Part shown: in pieces, positions 1 through 8,586 of the stretch
Numbering within the stretch: the first letter of the stretch is position 1
Layout of the letters: each line of letters begins with the position of its first letter
Assembly (NCBI GenBank): GCA_002498925.1
Contig: DAJH01000015.1
Coordinates: 457-42,658 of the forward strand
Length of the DNA: 42,202 nucleotides
Origin: Euryarchaeota archaeon UBA173
Lineage (GTDB): Archaea > Thermoplasmatota > Poseidoniia > Poseidoniales > Thalassarchaeaceae
Direction of reading: 5' to 3'
Position numbers and translations under genes: made by a program
The notes under the pieces: model-generated
What the model was told of the DNA's origin: nothing
The model's input: only the letters and a program-made list of their open reading frames with translations
The model's database searches: none

Positions 1-303
1 CAACAGCAGCGACTGTGCATTGCGAGAGCCCTAGCAATTAGGCCCTCGGTCTTACTTATGGACGAACCAACATCTGCACTTGATCCGATTGCGACCGCAA
101 AAATCGAAGAGCTGATCAAGAAGCTCAAATCAAAGGTCACCATAGTGATGGTTACTCACTCCATGAGTCAGGCCGCAAGAATTTCTGATTATACCGCATT
201 CCTGTATCTGGGCGAACTCATAGAGTTTGGAGATACTGAGAAGATATTCAATGACCCGGATGAGGAACTAACTGGACAATACATCAGTGGCAGGTTCGGT
301 TGA
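1..303 (+). CDS. pstB: Phosphate ABC transporter ATP-binding protein PstB (5'-partial)
   Basis: Frame is open from base 1: [32 protein letters not shown] (ABC signature tail, Walker B, D-loop), VTHSM H-loop and C-terminal YISGRFG typical of PstB. Confidence 0.93.
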   Translation, partial: QQQRLCIARALAIRPSVLLMDEPTSALDPIATAKIEELIKKLKSKVTIVMVTHSMSQAARISDYTAFLYLGELIEFGDTEKIFNDPDEELTGQYISGRFG

Positions 304-330
304 GAATCCCAAATGATGCGACCACTATTC

Positions 331-368
331 AATCTCACAGAGATTCCTTTGAGGTTTCTTCCCCTCAA
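331..368. terminator. Two tandem short hairpins between convergent genes (possible terminator)
   Basis: AATCTC-aca-GAGATT (331-345) and TTGAGG-tttcttcc-CCTCAA (349-368) lie in the 76-nt gap between convergent stops. Confidence 0.35.
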
Positions 369-379
369 TTAGGTAGAAT

Positions 380-1108
380 TTAGGCCACTGACTCGAGTAT
401 GTAGAAAGCACCGCTGGCAACTATTCCCGACATCACAATCTTACGGATCAACTCCGACTTCATTGTCTCCAACCACCTCTTGCCAACCCTGACTCCAAGC
501 AGGGCTGCTACCACCAAAATGGCAGTCAGTTGGAGGTGCTCCACAATCTCGTCCGGCCTGAAGAACAGGTAGACGGGAATCCGCGATAGGTCCACGCAAA
601 GCGCCAGGACGCTAGCCGTGGCGGCGTACGCCATCTTGTCGCTCAGCCTCCTCGTCAGGAACATCGCCCTAAGGGCGCCCTGGTGCCCTGAAAGGCCCCC
701 CATGAATCCGGAACCGAAGCCACCCACCCTGTCATTCGCCTCAGGAATCCTGTACCCGGTCCACGACTCGCTGAGGGTGAGTATCGGCAGCAGCACCAGG
801 AAGACGCCTATCACGGCCAGCAACGGGTCCTGCGGTACCTGGTTCTGAAGCAGCGCCCCTATGATTGACCCCGCGACCAGCCATACCCCGTAGTGCCGGA
901 ACGCGGAGAGGTCGACGCTTTCCCTCAGTGCAACGAACTTCCCGGCGTTGTGGGCGCCATGGACCACCGCAACGACGGCAACCGCCTCGTGGGGCCCCAT
1001 CATCAGGAGAACAACCGGCGTCAGCATGGTCGACAGCCCGAACCCGGCAGGCACCGTCAGCGCGGCCGCTAGGAAGCAACCGAGGAAAGCGAGCACCACC
1101 ATCTCCAT
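380..1108 (-). CDS. TauE/SafE (TSUP) family membrane transporter
   Basis: 242 aa, about 8 TM helices with an internal repeat; GFGLSTMLTP and GGFGSGFMGGLSGHQG motifs. Confidence 0.85.
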   Translation of the reverse strand: MEMVVLAFLGCFLAAALTVPAGFGLSTMLTPVVLLMMGPHEAVAVVAVVHGAHNAGKFVALRESVDLSAFRHYGVWLVAGSIIGALLQNQVPQDPLLAVIGVFLVLLPILTLSESWTGYRIPEANDRVGGFGSGFMGGLSGHQGALRAMFLTRRLSDKMAYAATASVLALCVDLSRIPVYLFFRPDEIVEHLQLTAILVVAALLGVRVGKRWLETMKSELIRKIVMSGIVASGAFYILESVA

Positions 1109-1116
1109 TCTCGCAC

Positions 1117-2565
1117 CTACCCGAGGATCCCCGAGACCAGTGCCGGCTGGGTCAGGTAGGCGAGGAGCCCCGCACCTGCGAACATCATCATCCAGGCGCC
1201 CGTGGCCTTTACGACCCCTGTCGACCTCCTGAGGAAGTCAAGCATGGCCTGCCTGCCAGTCCCTACGAGGGCGGTCACGGTGACCATCAGGATGGTGGCG
1301 GAGAGTATCAGGCCCAGCATGCCCGAGAGGAATGCGCCGTCACCGACCACAGTGAGCCATGCTACGAACGGGAACACGGCCGCCGCCGTGCAGTCCACAG
1401 AGGCGGCGCTGTACCCTATGCCCCACAGGAACATGTTCCTGCGCGGAGTGAATCTCTCGTCGGACTCGTCAGTCTGGTACTTGTCCAGCGCCCTCTGGAC
1501 CCATGCCAAGAGGTGGGACGTCCATCCGAGCAGCATCATCCCGCCCAGGATGAGCAGCAGCCATGCTATCGCCACCGCGATGTCGTGCAGGGCCCCCGAG
1601 AGGTCAACGATCCCGTCCAAGCCGAAGATTATCGCTCCTACCACCGTGAAGAACGCCAGTTGCCCGAGGGCAGCGAACAGGCCCACCTCGACGGGCCTCG
1701 GCATGCTACCGGTTATCTTGCCCGCCTCGATCAGCTCGTCCTGCCTCATTCCGAGGTTCAGGTAGTAGGTGATGTACGACGGGAGTACGGGGAACGCGCA
1801 GGGGGAGAAGTAGACCAGCACCCCTAGGAAAAGCCCGATCAGGAACACGCCCGCCATCGAGCTGTCGGGCTTCTCTATGCCGAACCTGAGTGACTCGGCA
1901 TCCCCCTCGTTAGCCCTCTCGATCGCTGAATCGAAGGAGGACCAGCCATCGAGTGGCGTCCCAGTGCCCTCCTTGGCGACCGCATAGCCCTCGTGGTCTA
2001 TCACAAGGACGAGGGGGATGGCCTGTGCGAAGTAGTGCTCGACCAAGTCTCCCCTGGTGCCGTCATCGAGGATCACGGAATCGGGCCCACCGTTCGCAAC
2101 CGGCCAACTCATGTGCTTGTCAGAATCCGAGTCTCCGAAGGTCGAGTTTATCCTGTCGAAGTCCTCGTACGCGTACCAAGTTGCCACGGACAGGGCGACG
2201 ACCGGGTACTCCCCTTCGAGAGCCCCCCATTCTTCGATGCGCTGGTCGATGTGCTCCTGGACGTAGTGGCAGTTGGCGCAATCCACCGCCATGAAGTCTA
2301 GCACGATCACGCTGCCCCTGAGGTCGCTGAGCCTGATCATTCCCGAATCATCGGCGATGGCATCGTCGATACCGGTCCTGTTCATCGATTCGACCTCGAA
2401 GTCCGGGCTGACCTCGACTACGTCACTTACGCCGTATGCCGACGAGGACAACCCGAAAAGGCTGAGCGATGAGTACCCGATAATGCAGAACAGAACGACG
2501 CCCACGCCGAACCCTTTCCAGGTGTCCCTTTCCCTGAGGACCCCGAAGTCCAGACCCGCAGCCAT
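1117..2565 (-). CDS. Thioredoxin/TlpA-like redoxin fused to a CcdA/DsbD-beta transmembrane domain
   Basis: N-terminal TM, then LSDLRGSVIVLDFMAVDCANC (redoxin CxxC) and cis-Pro AIP; C-terminal ~6 TM domain with FSPCAFP and a second Cys (SVDCTA). Confidence 0.82.
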   Translation of the reverse strand: MAAGLDFGVLRERDTWKGFGVGVVLFCIIGYSSLSLFGLSSSAYGVSDVVEVSPDFEVESMNRTGIDDAIADDSGMIRLSDLRGSVIVLDFMAVDCANCHYVQEHIDQRIEEWGALEGEYPVVALSVATWYAYEDFDRINSTFGDSDSDKHMSWPVANGGPDSVILDDGTRGDLVEHYFAQAIPLVLVIDHEGYAVAKEGTGTPLDGWSSFDSAIERANEGDAESLRFGIEKPDSSMAGVFLIGLFLGVLVYFSPCAFPVLPSYITYYLNLGMRQDELIEAGKITGSMPRPVEVGLFAALGQLAFFTVVGAIIFGLDGIVDLSGALHDIAVAIAWLLLILGGMMLLGWTSHLLAWVQRALDKYQTDESDERFTPRRNMFLWGIGYSAASVDCTAAAVFPFVAWLTVVGDGAFLSGMLGLILSATILMVTVTALVGTGRQAMLDFLRRSTGVVKATGAWMMMFAGAGLLAYLTQPALVSGILG

Positions 2566-2662
2566 GTTTGTCCGAATCGGGCCGGACTTTTGATTCCGGC
2601 GGGAGATGGCGCCCCAGTCGCGTCATCATGCTTATCGTGAGGGCTCAGCCCGCATGGACCCG

Positions 2663-2738
2663 GGGCTCGTGGTCTAGGGGTTATGACGTCGCCTTCACAT
2701 GGCGAAGATCGCAGGTTCAATTCCTGCCGAGCCCACCA
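2663..2738 (+). tRNA. tRNA-Val(CAC)
   Basis: Acceptor GGGCTCG/CGAGCCC, anticodon arm TCGCC-TT CAC AT-GGCGA, T-loop TTCAATT, encoded CCA. Confidence 0.97.
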
Positions 2739-2739
2739 T

Positions 2740-3453
2740 TCATCTCAGAATGTCGTCAAGTAGGGACGATGCGCCTATCCTGAGCCTCGACGGGCCGGAG
2801 ATGTCCGCCTCATTGGAGTCCACGATTTCGATCAGCCTCTCGACGTCCCCCCTGACTCTAATTCCGCCTGATAGCTTGACTCCCCTGTCCTCTCCCATCG
2901 TTACGGAATGACGCTTGACCTCGAAAGACAGTAGCCGTGCGTCCTCATCGCTGCATCCTCCCCTCATGCCCGTGCAGCTCTTCACGAAGTCAGCGCCAGT
3001 TGCCAGTACCATGCGAGTCACTGCCCTGATGGCGTGCTCTCCCAGAAGGGGGGTCTCGATGATTACCTTGAGCGTCCGGCCTGAAGACGCCTGCCTCATG
3101 GCCTCGAGCAGGGACAGGTCTTGCTCCCCGGGGAAGTCGTCGGAGTCCCGGGGCTCTAGGACGCAGTCTATCTCGTCCGCCCCTGACCTCACTGCATCCT
3201 CTATCGACTCGCGAATCGACGTAGCGTCGTCCCCCCCGACGGGGAATCCGCCGGCCACGGCAGCCACGGAGATCCCGTCATCCAGCATCCCCCTGACCAG
3301 CTCAACGTGCTCGGAGAATACGCACACGGCGGCGGGCCCGTGCTCGTTGGCCCTGTCACATATCCTTCTCAGATCGGCCTCGGAGGCATCGTGGTCCAGC
3401 AATGTGAGGTCCAGGATGTCGAGAATATCCCTCGTATCCATGGGAACGCTCAC
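2740..3453 (-). CDS. deoC: Deoxyribose-phosphate aldolase
   Basis: LDLTLL, PAAVCV, GADEID, LKVIIET, Schiff-base DFVKSCTG, GVKLSGGIR, RIGASSLL. Start is GTG 3453 (GTGA overlap with the serC stop) or ATG 3441. Confidence 0.9.
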   Translation of the reverse strand: MSVPMDTRDILDILDLTLLDHDASEADLRRICDRANEHGPAAVCVFSEHVELVRGMLDDGISVAAVAGGFPVGGDDATSIRESIEDAVRSGADEIDCVLEPRDSDDFPGEQDLSLLEAMRQASSGRTLKVIIETPLLGEHAIRAVTRMVLATGADFVKSCTGMRGGCSDEDARLLSFEVKRHSVTMGEDRGVKLSGGIRVRGDVERLIEIVDSNEADISGPSRLRIGASSLLDDILR

Positions 3454-4541
3454 CCGTGTCTCGCCTCGAAATCCCTCATGAAGGAAACCAAAGCCTCTAC
3501 GCTGTCTATTGTGCATCCGTTGTACATGCTCGCCCTGATTCCTCCGACGCTCCGATGGCCCTTCAGGCCGCCCATTCCAGCGGCGACGGCCTCCTCCAGG
3601 AATGCTGGCTCCAGGCTCTGGTCGGCTAGCCTCCAGGTGACGTTCATGACTGATCTCGATCCGGCTTCGGCATGAGGGGCCCAGAATGAGGTCCTATCCA
3701 GCTCATCGTAGAGTAGCGTTGCCTTCCTCCTGTTCCTATCTATGGCCCCTTCCAAACCCCCGTTCCTCTCGACCCAAGCCATTACCCTGTCCAGGACGAA
3801 GATGCCGAATGTGTTGGGGGTGTTGAACATGGATCCCTTGGACACGTGGGTCCTGTAGTCCATCATCGTGGGAAGCCCATCCCCTATCTTGGAAATTGCC
3901 CAGGGGGAGATGATCACCAGGGTGACCCCGCTCGGCCCCAGGTTCTTCTGGGCCCCTGCATAGACGAGGTCATGGGATGAGATGTCCAGTGGGACTCCGC
4001 AGATGTCCGAGCTTGCATCCACCACCCTAGGCTTACCCCCACTGTCCGGAAGGTGGTGGAACTGTGTTCCGAAGAGGGTGTTGTTCGAGGTGTAGTGGAC
4101 GTAGTCAGCATCGTCCCTGATGACGTAGTCGCCGTTACTGGGGACAGAAACGAATCCGTCTCCCGACCCATCCCAGGCTGATTGCACATCACCAACCCTG
4201 CCGGCCTCCTTGATGGCCTTCTGGGACCATCCGCCAGTTACTAGGAAGTCCGCCTTTCCAGCCTCCCCGAGCAAATTTAGGGCGGTCATGTAGAACTGGG
4301 TTGAGGCACCGCCCTGGAGGAATAGGACATGGTAGTCACCGGGCACGGAAAGAACCCTCCTCACCCTTTCCTCGGCCGAGTCTATTACGCTCTGGAAGAC
4401 TTCGCTCCTATGGGACACTTCCAGTAGCCCGAAGCCACTGTCGGATAGATTAGGAAGCGCCTCGGCTACTTCGGACACCACTTCGAGTGGGAGCACCGCT
4501 GGCCCCGCACCGAAATTGTGCACTCTGCCCGCTCCAGTCAT
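3450..4541 (-). CDS. serC: Phosphoserine aminotransferase (bacterial SerC type)
   Basis: HNFGAGPAVLP, SHRS, LQGGAS, PLP lysine in GAQKNLGPSG, FNTP, GHRSVGGIRASMYN. Confidence 0.96.
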   Translation of the reverse strand: MTGAGRVHNFGAGPAVLPLEVVSEVAEALPNLSDSGFGLLEVSHRSEVFQSVIDSAEERVRRVLSVPGDYHVLFLQGGASTQFYMTALNLLGEAGKADFLVTGGWSQKAIKEAGRVGDVQSAWDGSGDGFVSVPSNGDYVIRDDADYVHYTSNNTLFGTQFHHLPDSGGKPRVVDASSDICGVPLDISSHDLVYAGAQKNLGPSGVTLVIISPWAISKIGDGLPTMMDYRTHVSKGSMFNTPNTFGIFVLDRVMAWVERNGGLEGAIDRNRRKATLLYDELDRTSFWAPHAEAGSRSVMNVTWRLADQSLEPAFLEEAVAAGMGGLKGHRSVGGIRASMYNGCTIDSVEALVSFMRDFEARHG

Positions 4542-4621
4542 GCTTGGACGTGCAATCCCCGGTCTTTCAGCCCATCGGAGGGCACGACAGGGTTCATCTC
4601 CACTAGGCGAGACGCCGGGGC

Positions 4622-5218
4622 GTGCTCCGTATCGGCTTGGTCATGCTTCAGGGCGCGAGACACGCGCATATCGCCGCAATAGAGGCAGCGTCTTCGCGTT
4701 CTGGCATTATGGTGGAGATTCACGAGATCAGAAAACTCTCCGATCTTCAATCGTCCGACCCTCAAGCACTCGTTCTACCGGGCGGAGAGTCGACCACCAT
4801 GAGGCTGACAGGACTCGACGAGGCATCGAATCTGCTTCCCGGGCTCTTCCAGTGGATCAGGGATAGGCCGACACTGCCCGTGCTGGGCACTTGTGCGGGA
4901 GCAATCCTCCTCTCGGACCCACAGGATGGGGGCTACCCACTGGTCGATGCCAGAATCGACCGCAATGCGTACGGCAGACAGTCCGACTCATTCCAAGACA
5001 CTCTCTACTCGCCCCTATTGGGGTGCGACTTTCCCGGAGTTTTCATCAGGGCCCCGAGATTCATATCACACGATGCAGAGATCTCAGCGATGCACGGGGA
5101 CGAGGTGGTCGGTGTGAGGACCGGTAATGTCGTAGCTCTCACATTCCACCCCGAGTTATCCGGTGACCCGGGGTTCCACGTCTGGCTTCTGGAGTCAGCC
5201 AAGGAGGCCTTTCAATGA
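4622..5218 (+). CDS. pdxT: Pyridoxal 5'-phosphate synthase glutaminase subunit PdxT
   Basis: LQG, LPGGESTTM, GTCAG nucleophile, RNAYGRQ, VFIRAP, FHPEL. Confidence 0.93.
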   Translation: MLRIGLVMLQGARHAHIAAIEAASSRSGIMVEIHEIRKLSDLQSSDPQALVLPGGESTTMRLTGLDEASNLLPGLFQWIRDRPTLPVLGTCAGAILLSDPQDGGYPLVDARIDRNAYGRQSDSFQDTLYSPLLGCDFPGVFIRAPRFISHDAEISAMHGDEVVGVRTGNVVALTFHPELSGDPGFHVWLLESAKEAFQ

Positions 5219-6351
5219 GCATTCTGCCTCAGACTGTAGAGGTTGCAGAGACTGCCGATCTTGCAGATTGCGAGGGTTGCATACAATGCCAGATGGGCAG
5301 CAAACTGGTACTTTTCATAACGGGCAACTGCCATTGGAGGTGCGACTATTGCCCTCTCTCGGAGACCAGACGAGATATCGATTTCATGTACGCCAACGAA
5401 AGGCCCTGTGGGTCGTTCGACGAGGTAATCGAGGAGGCCCGGGCCATGCGAGCAACTGGGGCCGGGATCACAGGGGGAGACCCGTTAATGGCAAGGGAGA
5501 GGTCTTTGGAAGGAATCAGGGCCCTGAAGGAGGAGTTCGGACAAGAATTCCACCTCCATATGTACACCAGCATCCCATTCCGTCCGGAATGGGCCGCAGA
5601 TTTCGCAGATGCGGGCCTCGATGAAATCCGCTTCCACTTCTTGGATTTGGAGGCAGACCAGTACAAAGAAACAATTGCAGCCTGCGCACGGTCCGGTATC
5701 CTGACTGGAGTCGAGCTCCCCTGCGAGCCAGACAAGGAGGAGGAATTGATGCAGATTCTGGAAGACCTGAGGGACTTCGATGTGAGCTTCCTGAACCTGA
5801 ACGAGCTTGAGATAACTGTGGGGAACCACGACAACATGGAACTCAGGGGATTCAACTTGTCAACCGAGATTACCGCTGGTGCCGAGGGATCATCCGAGCT
5901 CGCACAATCCCTCAGGGACAGGGTGATGGCGGCTTCGATCGGCGCTAGAGACCCACTGGATGGAAAGGCCAGGGAGCCGTATGGATTCCACTTGAAGTAC
6001 TGCACCTCGGTTTACAAGGATGCAGGCCAGATGAGGAGGAGATTCATGAGAAGGGGGGAGGCAACTATCGCACCGCATGAGACATTGAGCGATGATGCAA
6101 CCTTGTTCTTCGGGGCAATTTACTCGTCGTTCGAAGATCACTCTGCTTGGGTCGAGGAAATTTCTGAATTCACCGGACTTCCGACTAGGTTCCTCCACTA
6201 TGACCGGGATGAGGGCAGGATAGAGATGCCAATATCAGTCGCCGAGGAAATATCTGAAGACGCCGAAGCCCCTGTGGCAGTGATCGAGGTAACGCCTACT
6301 TTCGACCGTACTGAGGTGTCTCTCGTGTGGCTCAATGAACATAGGCCCTGA
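5215..6351 (+). CDS. Archaeal radical SAM protein (uncharacterised PFL-activase-related family, COG2108-like)
   Basis: GCxxCxxGSKLVLFITG, CxxxCxxC (CHWRCDYC), YANER, TGGDP, HLHMYT, LDEIRFH, NLNELE. ATGA overlap with pdxT. Confidence 0.88.
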   Translation: MSILPQTVEVAETADLADCEGCIQCQMGSKLVLFITGNCHWRCDYCPLSETRRDIDFMYANERPCGSFDEVIEEARAMRATGAGITGGDPLMARERSLEGIRALKEEFGQEFHLHMYTSIPFRPEWAADFADAGLDEIRFHFLDLEADQYKETIAACARSGILTGVELPCEPDKEEELMQILEDLRDFDVSFLNLNELEITVGNHDNMELRGFNLSTEITAGAEGSSELAQSLRDRVMAASIGARDPLDGKAREPYGFHLKYCTSVYKDAGQMRRRFMRRGEATIAPHETLSDDATLFFGAIYSSFEDHSAWVEEISEFTGLPTRFLHYDRDEGRIEMPISVAEEISEDAEAPVAVIEVTPTFDRTEVSLVWLNEHRP

Positions 6352-6399
6352 TTTTCTACCACGTTGGGTTGATATGGCCCCGTCCCCCGCTATTCCATA

Positions 6400-8244
6400 G
6401 TGCCAGTCAAGTCAGTCGAACCCGGGGACAACTCGGTGAATCCCTACAGGAGGCTTTCAGCCTCTCAGATGGTCACTTGGCAGGCCTGTCCACGCCTCTG
6501 GTACTACAATTACATTCCAAGATTGAGGGGCCCCCTGCCGCCTCAGATTATCAGGGGCAATGCAGCAGAGTCCTGCATCTCAAAGGTCCTCAGGGACTCT
6601 CCCTCGATCGTCCCTGCTAACTCGGGAGACCTCCTGAAATCCCCGATTCTTGACGACGGGCGTCCCGCCTACGACTTCAGCGACCTTTGGCCCGCTCCTT
6701 CGCTGCTTCCAATGGATAGCTCCGAATGGCCATCCACCAGGGACTCTCTCGAGGAATGGGCCCTTTCTCGTGCAGATGCACATTTCCAGTCATCATGGGA
6801 CGATGCAGTTGCAGATTGGGAGTCAATATCGAACAAGGTCGGATCATCGGAAGGGGCCAATGAGCAGGAATGCAGGGAGATGGTGGCCAACGGGATCAGA
6901 ATGCACATTGACCAGGTAGAGGCTTGCATGAGGGCGGGAGGCGGACCACATGCAGAATCCTGGAGGCTGGGCAAGCACAGGCACAACTGGCCAGCCCCGG
7001 ATGGCTTCCCACGAGTTTGGGAAGAGCCACATCCTTGCGCCCAGGAACCGGGTTCCGAGGTCTCATGGTGCGAGGCATGGGAGCTGGCCCGCCCATGGTT
7101 CGTAGATCCCGATTCTGGCTCATTCACGCAGACGACATCACACCCAGAAGGATGGTTCCAGGGCGAGTATGATTTGGTATACAGGTGGACTGGCAAACCC
7201 TCTGTTATAGACATCAAGGCTTCCAAAGGAAAGGGGGATAGGTCGGGAGGCTATATCGAGCAACTCCGGCTTTACGCATGGCTCTGGTGGGAAACTCACA
7301 ACAGGGCCGAGGAAGTAGAGTCACTGGGGATTTGGTATCTTGGACCTGGCTCGGTCAAGGAAGTGCCACTGCCGACTCCAGAGGAACTAACCCAATACGG
7401 AGATGATCTGAAGGATGTGTACAACCTATTACATGCAAACGATCCTCAAATGGAGGACTGCCCTGCAGAACCATCTCCCCTCCGCTACTTCGACGAGGGG
7501 GGTAAGCCATCCAAGACCCCTATTGACCCGAATCCCCTGGCCAGATGTGTAAGATGCGATTTGAGAGGTGTCTGCGAGAATGGGGATCATGACCTAGAAC
7601 TGCCCATGGAGGACAGGATCGAGAGATTCGGTCATGCATGGCCTATCACTCACATGGGCTCGTTGAAGACAAGGGTGGATGCGACAGGCACGGTCTCTGA
7701 AATCAGGGGGCCAAGGCTCGAGGATGACGGATCCATAGAATTGTCATTCAAGCTGTTGGATGGTTATGATAGGGCCAAGGTAAGACCTTCGAGATACGGC
7801 TCTCCGAGGAGTGTCACAAGGTCAATTTCAAACGACTGCAGAGTAGTGGTGAGGAATGCCATTCCATCAGTATGGAGGGGGGAGATGATTCTCGAGTTGG
7901 ACGAAAAATCCTCAATCTCCCTGGCAGAAGAAGATGACTCTGAACCCATTGTTGAAATCGAGACAAGAGCCAGTATAGTTGGGAGGATCTGGTCGGTCGA
8001 CGCGTTTCCAACTGGAGTGGGAGTTTCTAGGTGGTCAGTAACTCTGTTGGACAAATCTGGAATTGCAGGTGCTGTAGCATTCAAGCAGTTCATTCCGGTT
8101 ACCGCTGCGAGCATGGGCAGAGGTGATGAGATAGCTATTCTGAATGGAGAAGTTGGGGAGTTCAACGGTCGTCCGCAGGTCAGAATAGGGCCCAATACCA
8201 GGGTTGTCCCACTTCGTTCTTCCAGCGACCTGCCTGACTTTTGA
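6400..8244 (+). CDS. PD-(D/E)XK (Cas4/AddB/RecB-like) Fe-S nuclease fused to two C-terminal RPA-type OB folds
   Basis: LSASQ..WQACPR, GEYDLV..IDIKAS, QLRLY and CVRCDLRGVC (1+3 Cys staple), followed by two OB repeats (e.g. LLDKSG...GDEIAILNG...FNGRPQVRIG). Confidence 0.82.
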   Translation: MPVKSVEPGDNSVNPYRRLSASQMVTWQACPRLWYYNYIPRLRGPLPPQIIRGNAAESCISKVLRDSPSIVPANSGDLLKSPILDDGRPAYDFSDLWPAPSLLPMDSSEWPSTRDSLEEWALSRADAHFQSSWDDAVADWESISNKVGSSEGANEQECREMVANGIRMHIDQVEACMRAGGGPHAESWRLGKHRHNWPAPDGFPRVWEEPHPCAQEPGSEVSWCEAWELARPWFVDPDSGSFTQTTSHPEGWFQGEYDLVYRWTGKPSVIDIKASKGKGDRSGGYIEQLRLYAWLWWETHNRAEEVESLGIWYLGPGSVKEVPLPTPEELTQYGDDLKDVYNLLHANDPQMEDCPAEPSPLRYFDEGGKPSKTPIDPNPLARCVRCDLRGVCENGDHDLELPMEDRIERFGHAWPITHMGSLKTRVDATGTVSEIRGPRLEDDGSIELSFKLLDGYDRAKVRPSRYGSPRSVTRSISNDCRVVVRNAIPSVWRGEMILELDEKSSISLAEEDDSEPIVEIETRASIVGRIWSVDAFPTGVGVSRWSVTLLDKSGIAGAVAFKQFIPVTAASMGRGDEIAILNGEVGEFNGRPQVRIGPNTRVVPLRSSSDLPDF

Positions 8245-8330
8245 TGGCGCCGAGAGAGGGATTTGAACCCCCGCGTCCAATGGACAGTGGATTTCGAATC
8301 CACCGCAATACCGGGCTATGCGATCTCGGC
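8245..8330 (-). tRNA. tRNA-Ser(CGA)
   Basis: Reverse complement: acceptor GCCGAGA/TCTCGGC, anticodon arm GTGGA-TT CGA AA-TCCAC, long variable arm, G73, encoded CCA. Confidence 0.96.
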
Positions 8331-8385
8331 AGCAGACTCGCCACCTGCGAATCAAAGATAAGGCTGACTGGCCTGCCGGCAATGG

Positions 8386-8586
8386 ATGAGGGTCGAGATA
8401 ACGCACACTGGCCAAGTATTAGTCGTGGAATCCGAGAGCCCTTTGACGGTATCGGAAATCCTGAACTCCTTGGACATCCCACCCTCTACAGTCCTGGCAG
8501 TTTTCGAAGACACGATCGTGCCTCATACATCCTTGATCAATGACGACATCAGGCTAGATTTGATTGTCGTCTCATCTGGGGGTTAG
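8386..8586 (+). CDS. Ubiquitin-like ThiS/MoaD family protein (SAMP-like)
   Basis: 66-aa beta-grasp pattern ending IVVSSGG. Confidence 0.85.
   Translation: MRVEITHTGQVLVVESESPLTVSEILNSLDIPPSTVLAVFEDTIVPHTSLINDDIRLDLIVVSSGG

Noticed and set aside
865-1827. 320-aa plus-strand ORF and the many other antisense or overlapping ORFs in the track (e.g. 5346-6005, 26766-27341, 36880-37620)
   Set aside because: These are shadow frames of well-supported genes. Their composition is Arg/Pro/Ser-rich and has no motifs.
2265-2283. CANCH in the CcdA fusion matches the CxxCH heme c motif
   Set aside because: It sits at the thioredoxin active-site position (LDFMAVDCxxC), so a redox dithiol is the simpler explanation.
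6400-8330. Cas4-like gene next to a tRNA as a sign of CRISPR, casposon or provirus
   Set aside because: There is no repeat-spacer array, cas1, integrase, terminal repeat or duplicated tRNA 3' end in the window.
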